The notes under the pieces were generated by a model that was given only the letters and a program-made list of their open reading frames with translations, did not search any database and had not been told where the DNA came from. From contig JAFVFD010000005.1 in assembly GCA_017475605.1 (NCBI GenBank), positions 210,001-242,000 of the forward strand: a stretch of DNA of 32,000 nucleotides. The letters run 5' to 3'. The stretch comes from Alphaproteobacteria bacterium (lineage in GTDB: Bacteria > Pseudomonadota > Alphaproteobacteria > Rs-D84). Below are positions 23,584 to 32,000 of this stretch, in pieces; the stretch's first letter is position 1; every line of letters begins with the position of its first letter. The position numbers and the translations under genes were made by a program.

Positions 23584-23597
23584 ATGACAACCCTTTG

Positions 23598-23623
23598 CCC
23601 GACCGAACATTTGTCCGGTCGGG
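23598..23623 (-). terminator. Intercistronic hairpin between the two OMP genes (possible attenuator or partial terminator)
   Basis: CCCGACCG-(10 nt)-CGGTCGGG, an 8-bp GC-rich stem. There is no U-tract on the transcribed minus strand; the T-run is on the plus strand. Confidence 0.4.
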
Positions 23624-23641
23624 TATGTTTTTATTTATGCA

Positions 23642-24871
23642 TTAGAATTGGAATATAGCCTGGATACCAATGCTTGTTTCGCGATAGTCGCTGATTTTAG
23701 CATCACCAGCCTTCATCCATTCATAGATATGTGTTCCAGGATTGCCCGCATCTTCTGCGCCCCACCACCAGAACGTTAAATCTTTATCATCGGCATCATC
23801 ATACAATGATGTTTTCGCATAAAGGTTCAAAGCAAACCAGTCGTTTGGTTGCCAGCCAATTGCGCCCTTGATTGACAATTGGTTGTGCCAATCATAGTGG
23901 CCAAAGATGCCTTCGACATTTAATGTCCAATCTTCGGACAGAACACTGAATACACCCAAACCACCTTCGATATAGAATGCGTTTTTCGCATCGGCATCAT
24001 ATGCGATAAAGATTGCTTCTTCGTGATCGCCGGCATCTATGCCCTTGATACCGTTGCCATATGCGGTTCCGTCAAAGTCAACAAACCAGCCACGTGCCAA
24101 ACCATAGATTGTTGAACGGGAAACCTTGTACCCAGCCTTCAAATCTAACACATAGTTATTCGCAATATCTTTTTGATGTTGGAAATATGCAGATGCGGTC
24201 GCAATCCATTTGTCGTTATCAACAAAACGCCATTGTGCACCCAAACCAAACATATTCAAATCGTTGTCGTCCATTTTGTCATCTGGGGATGCGGACCAAT
24301 CGAATTTATATTTATTAAATTCATATTGCAACATACCCAAAACAGCAATACGATCGGTGATTCCATAACTGAAATCTTCCTTGATTGCAAATTGTTTCAT
24401 ATCCCAAGCAGCCTTAGGATCAGACAGCGAGAATCCCGTCGCTTCGGTCAAAGCGATATCATACGAACCCATGTTATAACCGAAATCGGTTATCGAACCG
24501 AACTTGCCCTGTAACGGTTGAAAGAACGGATGCGCCAAATAATATTTGCGTTTCAATTCAGTACGAACAGTTTCCGCGCGTGTTGTACGAACGGTCTGGG
24601 ACGAATTGCCCGACGCATATTGTTTATATAATGCGCTGCGGTTAGCCGGCTGGGTATAATACATATTTTTCCCGTCGTTAACCTGATATGTAGTTGTGGT
24701 TGTGCGTGTTTGATATTTCGCATAATCCACATTTTCGCGTGTACGTGTGGCCGGTGCACCGGATAAATCCACGCTGGACCCCGCACGCGTTCCCCAATTT
24801 GTCGCCGCGCCCGCCGGCAATACAACCGCCAACGCCGCCACAGCACCCAATAAAGATAATTGTTTCTTCAT
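23642..24871 (-). CDS. Outer-membrane beta-barrel protein / putative porin
   Basis: 409 aa. Signal peptide MKKQLSLLGAVAALAVVLPAGA. Aromatic-rich alternating strands and a C-terminal ...SIGIQAIFQF. A strong AAGGAG SD lies upstream. Confidence 0.7.
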   Translation of the reverse strand: MKKQLSLLGAVAALAVVLPAGAATNWGTRAGSSVDLSGAPATRTRENVDYAKYQTRTTTTTYQVNDGKNMYYTQPANRSALYKQYASGNSSQTVRTTRAETVRTELKRKYYLAHPFFQPLQGKFGSITDFGYNMGSYDIALTEATGFSLSDPKAAWDMKQFAIKEDFSYGITDRIAVLGMLQYEFNKYKFDWSASPDDKMDDNDLNMFGLGAQWRFVDNDKWIATASAYFQHQKDIANNYVLDLKAGYKVSRSTIYGLARGWFVDFDGTAYGNGIKGIDAGDHEEAIFIAYDADAKNAFYIEGGLGVFSVLSEDWTLNVEGIFGHYDWHNQLSIKGAIGWQPNDWFALNLYAKTSLYDDADDKDLTFWWWGAEDAGNPGTHIYEWMKAGDAKISDYRETSIGIQAIFQF

Positions 24872-24895
24872 TATATATAACTCCTTTTGATAAAT

Positions 24896-24904
24896 ATTAT
24901 ATCA
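24896..24904 (-). promoter_or_regulatory. Candidate extended -10 promoter (TGATATAAT) for the OMP pair
   Basis: The minus strand reads TGATATAAT, about 25 nt upstream of the ATG at 24871. AAGGAG SD is at 24886-24881. Confidence 0.4.
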
Positions 24905-24981
24905 TAAAACCACCCCTAAAAAAAGCACAAAGCACAAAAAATAATTTGGGAAAGATTTTCACAAAAAGAGGCATGCGCCCG

Positions 24982-27213
24982 TTAATAAATCTCGCGCTTG
25001 TTATGGGAATCGGCGGCACTTATAATTCCGTCCTGTTCCATGCGTTCGATTAAGCCCGCGGCCTTGTTATACCCAATCCCCAGGCGACGTTGTAAATACG
25101 ATGTTGTTGCCTTTTTATCACGACGCACGATTTCAATTGCCTGGGCATATAAATCATCGCCCTTGCCCCCGGCGGATGCGCCGGCCGGCATACCGGGCGC
25201 GCCACCCATATCATCGCCAGATTCCACAACACCCGCATCGTATTCCGGTTCGCCCTGGGACCGCAGGAAATCACCAATTCTTTGTAATTCGTCATTATCA
25301 ATCAATGCGGCATGTATACGCACCGCCGGTTTACCACCCTCACTGAACAACATATCGCCGCGGCCCAATAACTGTTCCGCACCGGTTGTTCCCAATGTGG
25401 TCATAGAATCGATACGGCTACTTGCCTGGAACGAAAGACGGGTCGGGAAATTAGCCTTGATAACACCGGTAATGGTTGTCGCGTCTGGTCGCTGGGTCGC
25501 CATAACAAGATGGATACCCGCCGCACGCGCCTTTTGTGCGATACGCTGGACGCACATTTCAACCTCTTTGCGCGCAACAGACATCAAGTCAGCAACCTCG
25601 TCAATAATAATAACGATGTACGGCATATCGGACAAATCTACTTCCTGGGTTTCGAATAATAATTCGCCCGTTTCTTCATCTTTACCGATTGGAACCTGGC
25701 GCGTTACTTTTTCGCCCGCTTCGCGTTTCTTGGCGGCGGCATTATTATATTGTTCAATGTTCTGGGCATTTAAAACCTGTAATTGTTTATAGCGGTCGTC
25801 CATTTCGCGCACCGCCCATTTAAGTGCATTAACCGCCGGCACAGGATCCAATTTCACAATAGGTGTAATAAGGTGCGGTATATCGTCCCAGAACCCAAAG
25901 TCAACACCCTTTGGGTCAATAATAATCAATTTACATTTATCTGGTGTAAAGTGATATACGATTGATGTAATAATAGATTGCACGAACACAGATTTACCAG
26001 AACCGGTACGCCCAGCAACCAACATATGTGGCATTTTTGCCAAATCAAAATACATTGGTTCGCCACCAATATTTACACCCAATCCCAACGGTATTTTATA
26101 TTTAGAATTAACAAAGATATCATTTTCCATCAAATCGCGATACCGCACAACATGCGGGTCGACATTCGCAACCTCGACCCCGATATAGTTTGAACAAGGC
26201 AATGGCGCAATACGAATACTTGCGGTCGCCATCGCACGTGTCATATCCTTGACCGTATCGGAAATCTTGGATATACGCATACCGGCATCTGGCAAAAATT
26301 CATATAATGTAACAATTGGGCCGGGCTTGATATTTTCAACCTTGCCATAGACACCATATTCCGCAAAGTGTGTTTCAAGCATAGCCGCCTGACGTTTCAA
26401 TTCTGGGGTAACGACATTTTTACCAAACTTGGATACTTCTAGTAACATCGGGTCTGGCAATTCATATTCACCGGCATCGCGTTTAACCGGGGTACGTTTT
26501 TTCGCCGCACGCACTTTGCGCTTTGGTGTTTCTTCTTCTTCTTCGGCTTCCTCTTCTTCTTCCTCGTCTTCTTCTTCATCGTCTTCTTCGTCGTCATCTT
26601 CCGTATATTCGGCCGGCGGTATCAAATGGAACAAAGACAACACCCAACGAATCGCGCGCCAAGTTGCCATCAACAAAGATTGTATGTGTGCAAACTTAAT
26701 ATGTAATAACACCGCCCCCATATATATGAACAGCCCCAGCATCAGCATACCGACCAACACCGTCCACCCACCAACAAGCGCGCTTAAATCAGATGCAACC
26801 AACGCACCCACCAGGCCACCAAATGCCGCGCCCGGTGCAATCATGCCAAACGCCATCGCCCCAACACAAATCGCGATAAATCCCCGCAGGATATTATATT
26901 CGGGCGCATATTCCGGCACCCAATTCATTGCCCACGAAATACCACACCGCATCAAACACAAAATCAAAAACAATGTCGGCATAAAACCAATCATATAGCG
27001 CACAAACCCAACAACATTACCAATAAAAGATTGATTACCAAATGTAGATGCGCACGCAAAACCATCCAAATAGGAATTATGGAACAGCAGCCCCCCCAGC
27101 ATCAAAACCCCCGCGCACAATACCACCGCACCAAACACGCGTTTTAAAAAAGTGCGAATTGCCCCGGAAACACTTTCTGGCAAAAATTTGGATTGTTGTT
27201 TCATAGCATGCAT
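24982..27213 (-). CDS. ftsK: DNA translocase FtsK
   Basis: 743 aa with N-terminal TM helices and a short acidic linker. The motor domain has Walker A VAGRTGSGKSV, plus IIIDEVADLM and ATQRPD. The C-terminal gamma winged helix reads TSYLQRRLGIGYNKAAGLIERMEQDGIIS. An alternative in-frame ATG at 27204 (MKQQSK) is favoured if the TGATAAAAT element at 27220-27212 is the promoter. Confidence 0.95.
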   Translation of the reverse strand: MHAMKQQSKFLPESVSGAIRTFLKRVFGAVVLCAGVLMLGGLLFHNSYLDGFACASTFGNQSFIGNVVGFVRYMIGFMPTLFLILCLMRCGISWAMNWVPEYAPEYNILRGFIAICVGAMAFGMIAPGAAFGGLVGALVASDLSALVGGWTVLVGMLMLGLFIYMGAVLLHIKFAHIQSLLMATWRAIRWVLSLFHLIPPAEYTEDDDEEDDEEEDEEEEEEAEEEEETPKRKVRAAKKRTPVKRDAGEYELPDPMLLEVSKFGKNVVTPELKRQAAMLETHFAEYGVYGKVENIKPGPIVTLYEFLPDAGMRISKISDTVKDMTRAMATASIRIAPLPCSNYIGVEVANVDPHVVRYRDLMENDIFVNSKYKIPLGLGVNIGGEPMYFDLAKMPHMLVAGRTGSGKSVFVQSIITSIVYHFTPDKCKLIIIDPKGVDFGFWDDIPHLITPIVKLDPVPAVNALKWAVREMDDRYKQLQVLNAQNIEQYNNAAAKKREAGEKVTRQVPIGKDEETGELLFETQEVDLSDMPYIVIIIDEVADLMSVARKEVEMCVQRIAQKARAAGIHLVMATQRPDATTITGVIKANFPTRLSFQASSRIDSMTTLGTTGAEQLLGRGDMLFSEGGKPAVRIHAALIDNDELQRIGDFLRSQGEPEYDAGVVESGDDMGGAPGMPAGASAGGKGDDLYAQAIEIVRRDKKATTSYLQRRLGIGYNKAAGLIERMEQDGIISAADSHNKREIY
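26530..26602 (-). repeat. GAA/GAC/GAG low-complexity tract encoding the FtsK acidic linker
   Basis: The tract encodes EDDDEEDDEEEDEEEEEEAEEEEE. On the plus strand it appears as a TTC/GTC-rich run. Confidence 0.9.
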
Positions 27214-27250
27214 TTTATCATAAAAAACGCAAAAGTGTTAGTCCGATTTG

Positions 27251-27278
27251 AAAAAAATAAAACCGCCATATTGGCGGT
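27251..27278 (-). terminator. Rho-independent terminator after the PAP2 gene
   Basis: ACCGCCA-TAT-TGGCGGT. It is followed on the minus strand by TTTTATTTTTTT. It begins 5 nt after the stop at 27283. Confidence 0.7.
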
Positions 27279-27282
27279 AATA

Positions 27283-27969
27283 TTATTTGCGTCTAAACGC
27301 GAAATATTTAACCAGGTCGGCGGCAACCATACCAATAAACGCCCCCAATATTACATCGGTTGGCCAATGTGCCCCCGCCGCCACACGCGACAGACCAACC
27401 AATATTGCCAACGTCCATGTTATTGGCTTGATTTTTGGTGATAACATCCCGGCCATAACCAACCCTGCGAATGTCGCGGCGGTGTGTCCCGACGGCATTG
27501 AATTAAACGCCCATTCGAACGAGCCTGGACGAAAACCAGTTATACCCAATGCTTCAAAAAATATCGGACGAAAACGACCAACGCATACCTTGATAATTTT
27601 AGCGACAATACCCGCCGATAACACAGACGAAAAAATCAAAAAAGCATAATTGGTGCGCACCTTGGACATAAAGTCGCGAAAAAGCGCAACAATGCTGAAC
27701 TTGCTTTTTACATTTTTATATTTAACACCTGATTCAAGTGATTTTTTTATATAAACCACCAACAACAAAACGGCGGTTAAAATCAGCCATACTTTCACAT
27801 CAAATATATATCCAAATATTGTCCAGGCATTACAATCAATTTTGCGCAACAAAACAAACAGCGGTTTATCAAACCACAACATTCCACACGCAATCAATGC
27901 CGCCGTTACAAGCGCACCCCATGCCAACCATTTTGTTTTTAATTTATTATCAGGTGTTAAAAACATCAC
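27283..27969 (-). CDS. PAP2-family membrane phosphatase (PgpB/LpxE-like lipid phosphatase)
   Basis: 228 aa and multi-pass. All three PAP2 motifs are present: KVCVGRFRP (KxxxxxxRP), MPSGH, and SRVAAGAHWPTD (SRxxxxxHxxxD). Confidence 0.8.
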   Translation of the reverse strand: MMFLTPDNKLKTKWLAWGALVTAALIACGMLWFDKPLFVLLRKIDCNAWTIFGYIFDVKVWLILTAVLLLVVYIKKSLESGVKYKNVKSKFSIVALFRDFMSKVRTNYAFLIFSSVLSAGIVAKIIKVCVGRFRPIFFEALGITGFRPGSFEWAFNSMPSGHTAATFAGLVMAGMLSPKIKPITWTLAILVGLSRVAAGAHWPTDVILGAFIGMVAADLVKYFAFRRK

Positions 27970-27978
27970 TTTATCCTT

Positions 27979-29517
27979 TTATTCCGCAATAAGACGATTA
28001 TAAACTTTTTTATCGGTCAAAATCTTGACAGCAACCGCCGATGCGACCGAATCTTCGTCGGCACCACTGGTAATAACCGGGCAACCCTTGCGAACATCTG
28101 CAACATTCACATTCGGCATTTTATTAAAGTCTGTCGCATTAAAATAATTGTTTATTACATTAAGGAAAAACGCATTTTGTTGTTGGCTGGTGCGAATATT
28201 TGATAGACATACAATTGGGAAAACACCACGACCATCAATATCGCGCCCCGACCCCGTTTTCAAAGATTTATTCATCAATTCCAACGCACCGCCATTTTCC
28301 AAATCAATGCGCGTTGCAATTCGTGCCAAACCCGCCGTTGGTGTTCCAACCAATACACCGCGTCCATTTTCATAAAATGCGGCCGCCAAGGCTTCGGCTG
28401 TGCCGCGGGTCATATCGGACATTAACACAACAACCGGCACCCCCGTTACCGCGGACGACCCGGGGACAACTTCAACCTCTTCTGTGGCGGTTTGTGCGAT
28501 ACGCATAACCGGGTTTTGCCCGATAAAAAGTCCCGCCAATTTTGCCGCCGCGCGTTCATCATCACCGGTTGCGGCACGCAAATCAAGAATAATTCCACCA
28601 ATATCATCATAGCGCGCTAGCGCCTCGTTCACGATGCCGACCGCACCATCTGATATATTATGTACGACAATTTCTAATATACCGCCGGATTCATCATCGC
28701 CTGCACGATGAACAACATCTGCATCGGCCAAAACAATTGTCGCCCGACGCAAAACAACATCACGATTGCCCGATGGTGTTATTAAACGAACCTTGGATGT
28801 GCCGGAATTATAACCACTCATAAATGCTTCGATTTCATCATCGGACATATCAGCAACCGGTGTACCGTTTATTTCGGCAATTATATCACCACTGTGTACC
28901 CCCGCGGCATCGGCCGGCGACCCCTTGAACACACCATGAATACGCAGGTTTCCGCGTTCGTCCCGCACACCGTTTATACCAACACTGGTAAGGATACGAC
29001 CATCTTCGCTTATTTCCGCACGTTTAGAAAAGATATAGCGGCCCCGTTCATCAATGCCACGCATTAATGCATCTACAACCATTTGGTATGTTTCGCTTTC
29101 GCTTGCGCTGTGCAAATATGGATCGTTTGCGCGTAATTTTAACACCAATGCGGTTGTAATTTCACCAAAGCCATTCCAGTCATGTGCGCTGGGGCGCGGA
29201 TAATTTGCGATAATAGAATCGCGCCAAACCAACACGACGCGTTCATCGGTTGCGGCAATATGTGCATCTTTATTTAATTTTTCCAAACTTTCAATTGCGA
29301 CATTTATGCTTTTTCCACCCCATTTCACAGAATCAAGTTTTTCGTAAATGTCTGCAAAAGTATTCGACATATCGAAAACATGCATACCGTCCTGGACCGG
29401 TTCATCGGGGAAAAACAAGCCTTCGCAAAAAGCAGGGACCGACAATGACACGCACGAGCAAACCACCAAAGCCCCAAACAATCTTTGCACTTTGAACTTT
29501 GCACTTTGAACTTTCAT
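27979..29517 (-). CDS. S41 (C-terminal processing peptidase, Ctp/Prc)-like protein with PDZ domain; catalytic Ser and Lys apparently substituted
   Basis: 512 aa with a signal peptide. PDZ segment GVFKGSPADAAGVHSGDIIAEINGTPV. The S41 body is IILDLRAATGDD...PVVVLMSDMTRGTAEALAAAFYENGRGVLVGTPTAGLARI...GRDIDGRGVFP. It is collinear with the consensus LDLRxNxGG...VLVNxxSASASEIxAGALQD...IVGxxTFGKG...G..I...GI.PD. Confidence 0.75.
   Translation of the reverse strand: MKVQSAKFKVQRLFGALVVCSCVSLSVPAFCEGLFFPDEPVQDGMHVFDMSNTFADIYEKLDSVKWGGKSINVAIESLEKLNKDAHIAATDERVVLVWRDSIIANYPRPSAHDWNGFGEITTALVLKLRANDPYLHSASESETYQMVVDALMRGIDERGRYIFSKRAEISEDGRILTSVGINGVRDERGNLRIHGVFKGSPADAAGVHSGDIIAEINGTPVADMSDDEIEAFMSGYNSGTSKVRLITPSGNRDVVLRRATIVLADADVVHRAGDDESGGILEIVVHNISDGAVGIVNEALARYDDIGGIILDLRAATGDDERAAAKLAGLFIGQNPVMRIAQTATEEVEVVPGSSAVTGVPVVVLMSDMTRGTAEALAAAFYENGRGVLVGTPTAGLARIATRIDLENGGALELMNKSLKTGSGRDIDGRGVFPIVCLSNIRTSQQQNAFFLNVINNYFNATDFNKMPNVNVADVRKGCPVITSGADEDSVASAVAVKILTDKKVYNRLIAE
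29483..29517 (-). repeat. 14-nt tandem direct repeat (2 full copies plus a partial third) covering the start codon region of the S41-like gene
   Basis: On the plus strand, CTTTGCACTTTGAA occurs at 29483-29496 and 29497-29510, then CTTTCAT. On the coding strand this reads ATGAAAG TTCAAAGTGCAAAG TTCAAAGTGCAAAG, encoding MKVQSAKFKVQ. Confidence 0.9.
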
Positions 29518-29547
29518 TGTCGCCCCCCTGTCCTTTTTGCTTTTATA

Positions 29548-30411
29548 TTAATACTTTGTTTCACGCAAATTAAAGTGATACAAAATAACATTAGAAATAT
29601 AAATACTGGTCAATGTCCCCATCACAATTGAAAAGGTCATCGCGATAGAGAATTCACGCAGCATCTGATTTCCAAAGATATAAATACCTATTAAACCCAA
29701 AATTGTCGAAATACTGGTCATCAATGTACGACTTAACATTTCGTTCACCGACAAATCAATCAAATCATTCATAGGCATTTTGTGGTATTTTTTGATATTT
29801 TCATCAATACGATCGTAATTCACAACCTTATCATTAATAGAATATCCAATACCCATCAAAATAACCGCAATTGCTGTCTGGTTGAATTCCAGCCCGGCAA
29901 TAGAAAAGAAGCCGAACATCAACACAAAGTCCAACAACAACGATACAAATGAACCCACCGCATAACCACCGCGATAGCGAATCCAGATATACACACTCAT
30001 CAAAATGAACGAAACCAAAATCGCCCAAATACCACCGCGGACCAATTCACCACCAATTTTTGGACCGACTATCTGGACCTGGGAATAGGTAACATTTTCG
30101 CCCAAAATATCCTTGATTTCGCGGACGCGTTCATTTTGCATTGTGTCCGTCGCCCCCTTGGGTAACCCAACACGCACCAAAACGGACCCGCCATCAACGG
30201 CCTGTAATTCAGGACTAAATGCCGCCAATTCGGTACGCATTTTATCAACAGTATATTCGGCAGATACTGGTGTAACCTCCATCGAAATACCACCAGCAAA
30301 ATCAATGCCATAATTTAATCCCTTGAAATAAAGTGCCAAAATTGACAACACAACCAATATACCGGAAACCCAGTATGACAATTTACGATATTTCATAAAA
30401 TGCAGTTTCAT
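29548..30411 (-). CDS. secF: Protein translocase subunit SecF
   Basis: 287 aa. FMKYRKLSYW...GLNYGIDFAGG and six TM segments, as in SecF. AAGGGGAAAA SD upstream. Confidence 0.9.
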   Translation of the reverse strand: MKLHFMKYRKLSYWVSGILVVLSILALYFKGLNYGIDFAGGISMEVTPVSAEYTVDKMRTELAAFSPELQAVDGGSVLVRVGLPKGATDTMQNERVREIKDILGENVTYSQVQIVGPKIGGELVRGGIWAILVSFILMSVYIWIRYRGGYAVGSFVSLLLDFVLMFGFFSIAGLEFNQTAIAVILMGIGYSINDKVVNYDRIDENIKKYHKMPMNDLIDLSVNEMLSRTLMTSISTILGLIGIYIFGNQMLREFSIAMTFSIVMGTLTSIYISNVILYHFNLRETKY

Positions 30412-30431
30412 TATTTTCCCCTTTGCATTTC

Positions 30432-31991
30432 TTATTTTGTTTTAACATAACCAACTTTTTTGTTTTTGCCGCCCATATACCAATCAATAATAACCTTGGA
30501 CAGCAACATACACGTAAACAGTGTTGTCAAAACACCGATAGACAGTGTAACCGCGAACCCACGAATTGGACCCGCACCGAATTGGAACAGAATTAACGCA
30601 CAAATAAGGTTTGTTAATTCACCGTCCAACACAGCCTTGTTAGAACGATGGAACCCAACATCAACCGCGCGCAAGGTCGGAACACCCGCACGTATTTCAT
30701 CGCGGATGCGTTCAAACGGCAAAATGTTTGCGTCCACCGCCATCCCCAGTGTCAACACGATACCGGCGATACCTGGCAATGTCATTGTTGCCCCGAACAA
30801 TGCCGACATACCAACAATCATGGCCAAATTCACGACCAAAACCACATCGGCAATAACACCAAAACTGCGATAAACCATCAACATAAATAACATAATGAAC
30901 AACAAACCAACAACGGCCCCCGTTGTTCCAGATGCAATTGTATCCGCACCCAAACCGGCACCAACCGTACGTTCTTCAATAACGGTTAACGGCGCAGGCA
31001 ACGCCCCCGACCGCAACAGCACCGCCAAGTCTTTTGCCCCCTGTAAAGTGAAGCCACCTGAAATCTGACCACGACCACCAGGTATCGGTTCACGAATATT
31101 TGGTGCAGACAAAACTTTGCCGTCCAAAACAATTGCGAAACGTTCGTTAACATGTTCTGTTGTTAATTTCGCAAATTTACGTGCACCCGTCGCATCAAAC
31201 ACAGTTGTTACAACCGGCATATTATTTTGGTCAAAGTCTGCCTGGGAATCTTTAAGACTTTCGCCAGATACTTCTATACGTGAATAAACCGGCACAATTT
31301 GATCCGGCATATCCATATATGGTAAAAAGTCCGTTCCACTTGGCGCACGACCAGATGCAATTTGTTCCGGCGACACATTTTCATTTACCAAATGGAAAGT
31401 CATTTTAGCGGTTTGACCAATCAAGTCCTTGATATGTTCCGGATTATCAACCCCCGGCAATTGTACCAAGATGTATTTACCACCCTGGGATTGAATTGAA
31501 GGTTCCTTGGTCCCCAGCGCATCAATACGGCGACGAACAATTTCGATACTGCGCGCCAGCGCATCCTGGACCATTTCTTCTTTCTGTTTATCAGAATAAG
31601 ATAATTTAATCGTATCACCGCTTGATTCCATATCAACGGTATTTCCAAGAACACTTTTCAAACGTCCCTTGGCCGCGGAAACATCGTCCGATTCACGAAC
31701 CTTAAACGAAACAACACCGTTGTTATTACGCAAATCAGAAAAACGAATAACACCCTTGTTTCTGTCAATCAATGCCGAACGGACATCATCGTATAACTGA
31801 TTTGCCTTGTCATGAAACATTGTGTCGGTATCAACTTCTAATAAAAGTTGCGCACCACCCTTCAGGTCCAAACCCAACGGCACAGGTTTAATCCACTTTG
31901 GGAAATAAGACGATGCCCCAGGCACAAACGTCGGCACAGCCAACAAAACCCCAAACACCGCAACAAAGATTATTGCCAACTTCTTTAACAT
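30432..31991 (-). CDS. secD: Protein translocase subunit SecD
   Basis: MLKKLAIIFVAVFGVLLAVPTF, then LGLDLKGGAQLLLEVD, a large periplasmic domain and the C-terminal TM bundle (GIAGIVLTLGMAVDANI). ATG at 31991. The track ORF runs to the window edge (GTG at 32000), so an earlier start outside the window cannot be fully excluded. Confidence 0.9.
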   Translation of the reverse strand: MLKKLAIIFVAVFGVLLAVPTFVPGASSYFPKWIKPVPLGLDLKGGAQLLLEVDTDTMFHDKANQLYDDVRSALIDRNKGVIRFSDLRNNNGVVSFKVRESDDVSAAKGRLKSVLGNTVDMESSGDTIKLSYSDKQKEEMVQDALARSIEIVRRRIDALGTKEPSIQSQGGKYILVQLPGVDNPEHIKDLIGQTAKMTFHLVNENVSPEQIASGRAPSGTDFLPYMDMPDQIVPVYSRIEVSGESLKDSQADFDQNNMPVVTTVFDATGARKFAKLTTEHVNERFAIVLDGKVLSAPNIREPIPGGRGQISGGFTLQGAKDLAVLLRSGALPAPLTVIEERTVGAGLGADTIASGTTGAVVGLLFIMLFMLMVYRSFGVIADVVLVVNLAMIVGMSALFGATMTLPGIAGIVLTLGMAVDANILPFERIRDEIRAGVPTLRAVDVGFHRSNKAVLDGELTNLICALILFQFGAGPIRGFAVTLSIGVLTTLFTCMLLSKVIIDWYMGGKNKKVGYVKTK

Positions 31992-32000
31992 ACGATACAC

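Noticed and set aside
24940-24981. Possible terminator after ftsK (GGCATGC-type mini-palindrome followed by TCTTTTT on the minus strand)
   Set aside because: The stem is only 3-4 bp, too weak to call by eye.
24998-25792. 264-aa plus-strand ORF inside ftsK
   Set aside because: It is antisense to the highly conserved FtsK motor and gamma domains. It has no SD and no recognisable motifs. The ftsK frame is unambiguous.
26429-26998. 189-aa plus-strand ORF with a poly-Ser run
   Set aside because: The poly-Ser is the antisense reading of the FtsK poly-Glu/Asp codons (GAA/GAC read as TTC/GTC, shifted to TCT/TCG). It is an artefact of the low-complexity tract.
1-32000. Search for tRNA/rRNA genes, CRISPR arrays, IS elements, integrases and prophage blocks
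   Set aside because: No intergenic space longer than about 213 nt exists. I saw no cloverleaf-like sequence and no regularly spaced direct repeats. No transposase- or integrase-like ORF or inverted terminal repeats were seen. The GH24 lysozyme gene has no phage neighbours.

Overview
Gene-dense chromosomal segment, about 95% coding by my coordinates, moderately AT-rich and mostly minus-strand. It is very probably alphaproteobacterial: it carries a Ros/MucR regulator, an RHH_4-type protein, a Cys-free DksA and a ybeY-lnt neighbourhood. There are signs of genome compaction: several TAATG-type start/stop overlaps, fragmentary dcw and suf clusters, and a fused gene. Gene order: lolA(partial)<-nrnA-like<-recJ | ftsI<-ftsL | sufE<-sufT<-sufS | trxA->dksA-> | tatA<-SPOR | small lipoprotein<-thrS | hlyIII<-gltX | trmB-> | two unknowns<- | four-gene unknown operon-> | ybeY::lnt fusion<-membrane GH24 lysozyme-TPR<-mucR | rarA-> | two paralogous OMPs<- | ftsK<- | PAP2<-S41-like<-secF<-secD. 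I recognised no rRNA, tRNA, CRISPR array, transposase or integrase. The only clearly non-housekeeping block is 14258-17241. It holds a divergent pair of units around a perfect palindrome. The plus-strand unit is a translationally coupled operon: membrane protein, degenerate HNH-like protein, SUKH-like protein, RHH protein. This is my best candidate for an undescribed toxin/immunity-like or envelope-linked system. Other notable points: an in-frame ybeY-lnt fusion; a membrane-anchored GH24 muramidase with TPR repeats downstream of a zinc-ligand-free MucR; an S41 peptidase homologue lacking both catalytic residues; a TGS-less ThrRS; a Cys-free DksA; and several probably leaderless genes. All homology statements are by-eye motif recognition from the supplied translations. 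No searches or computations were run.
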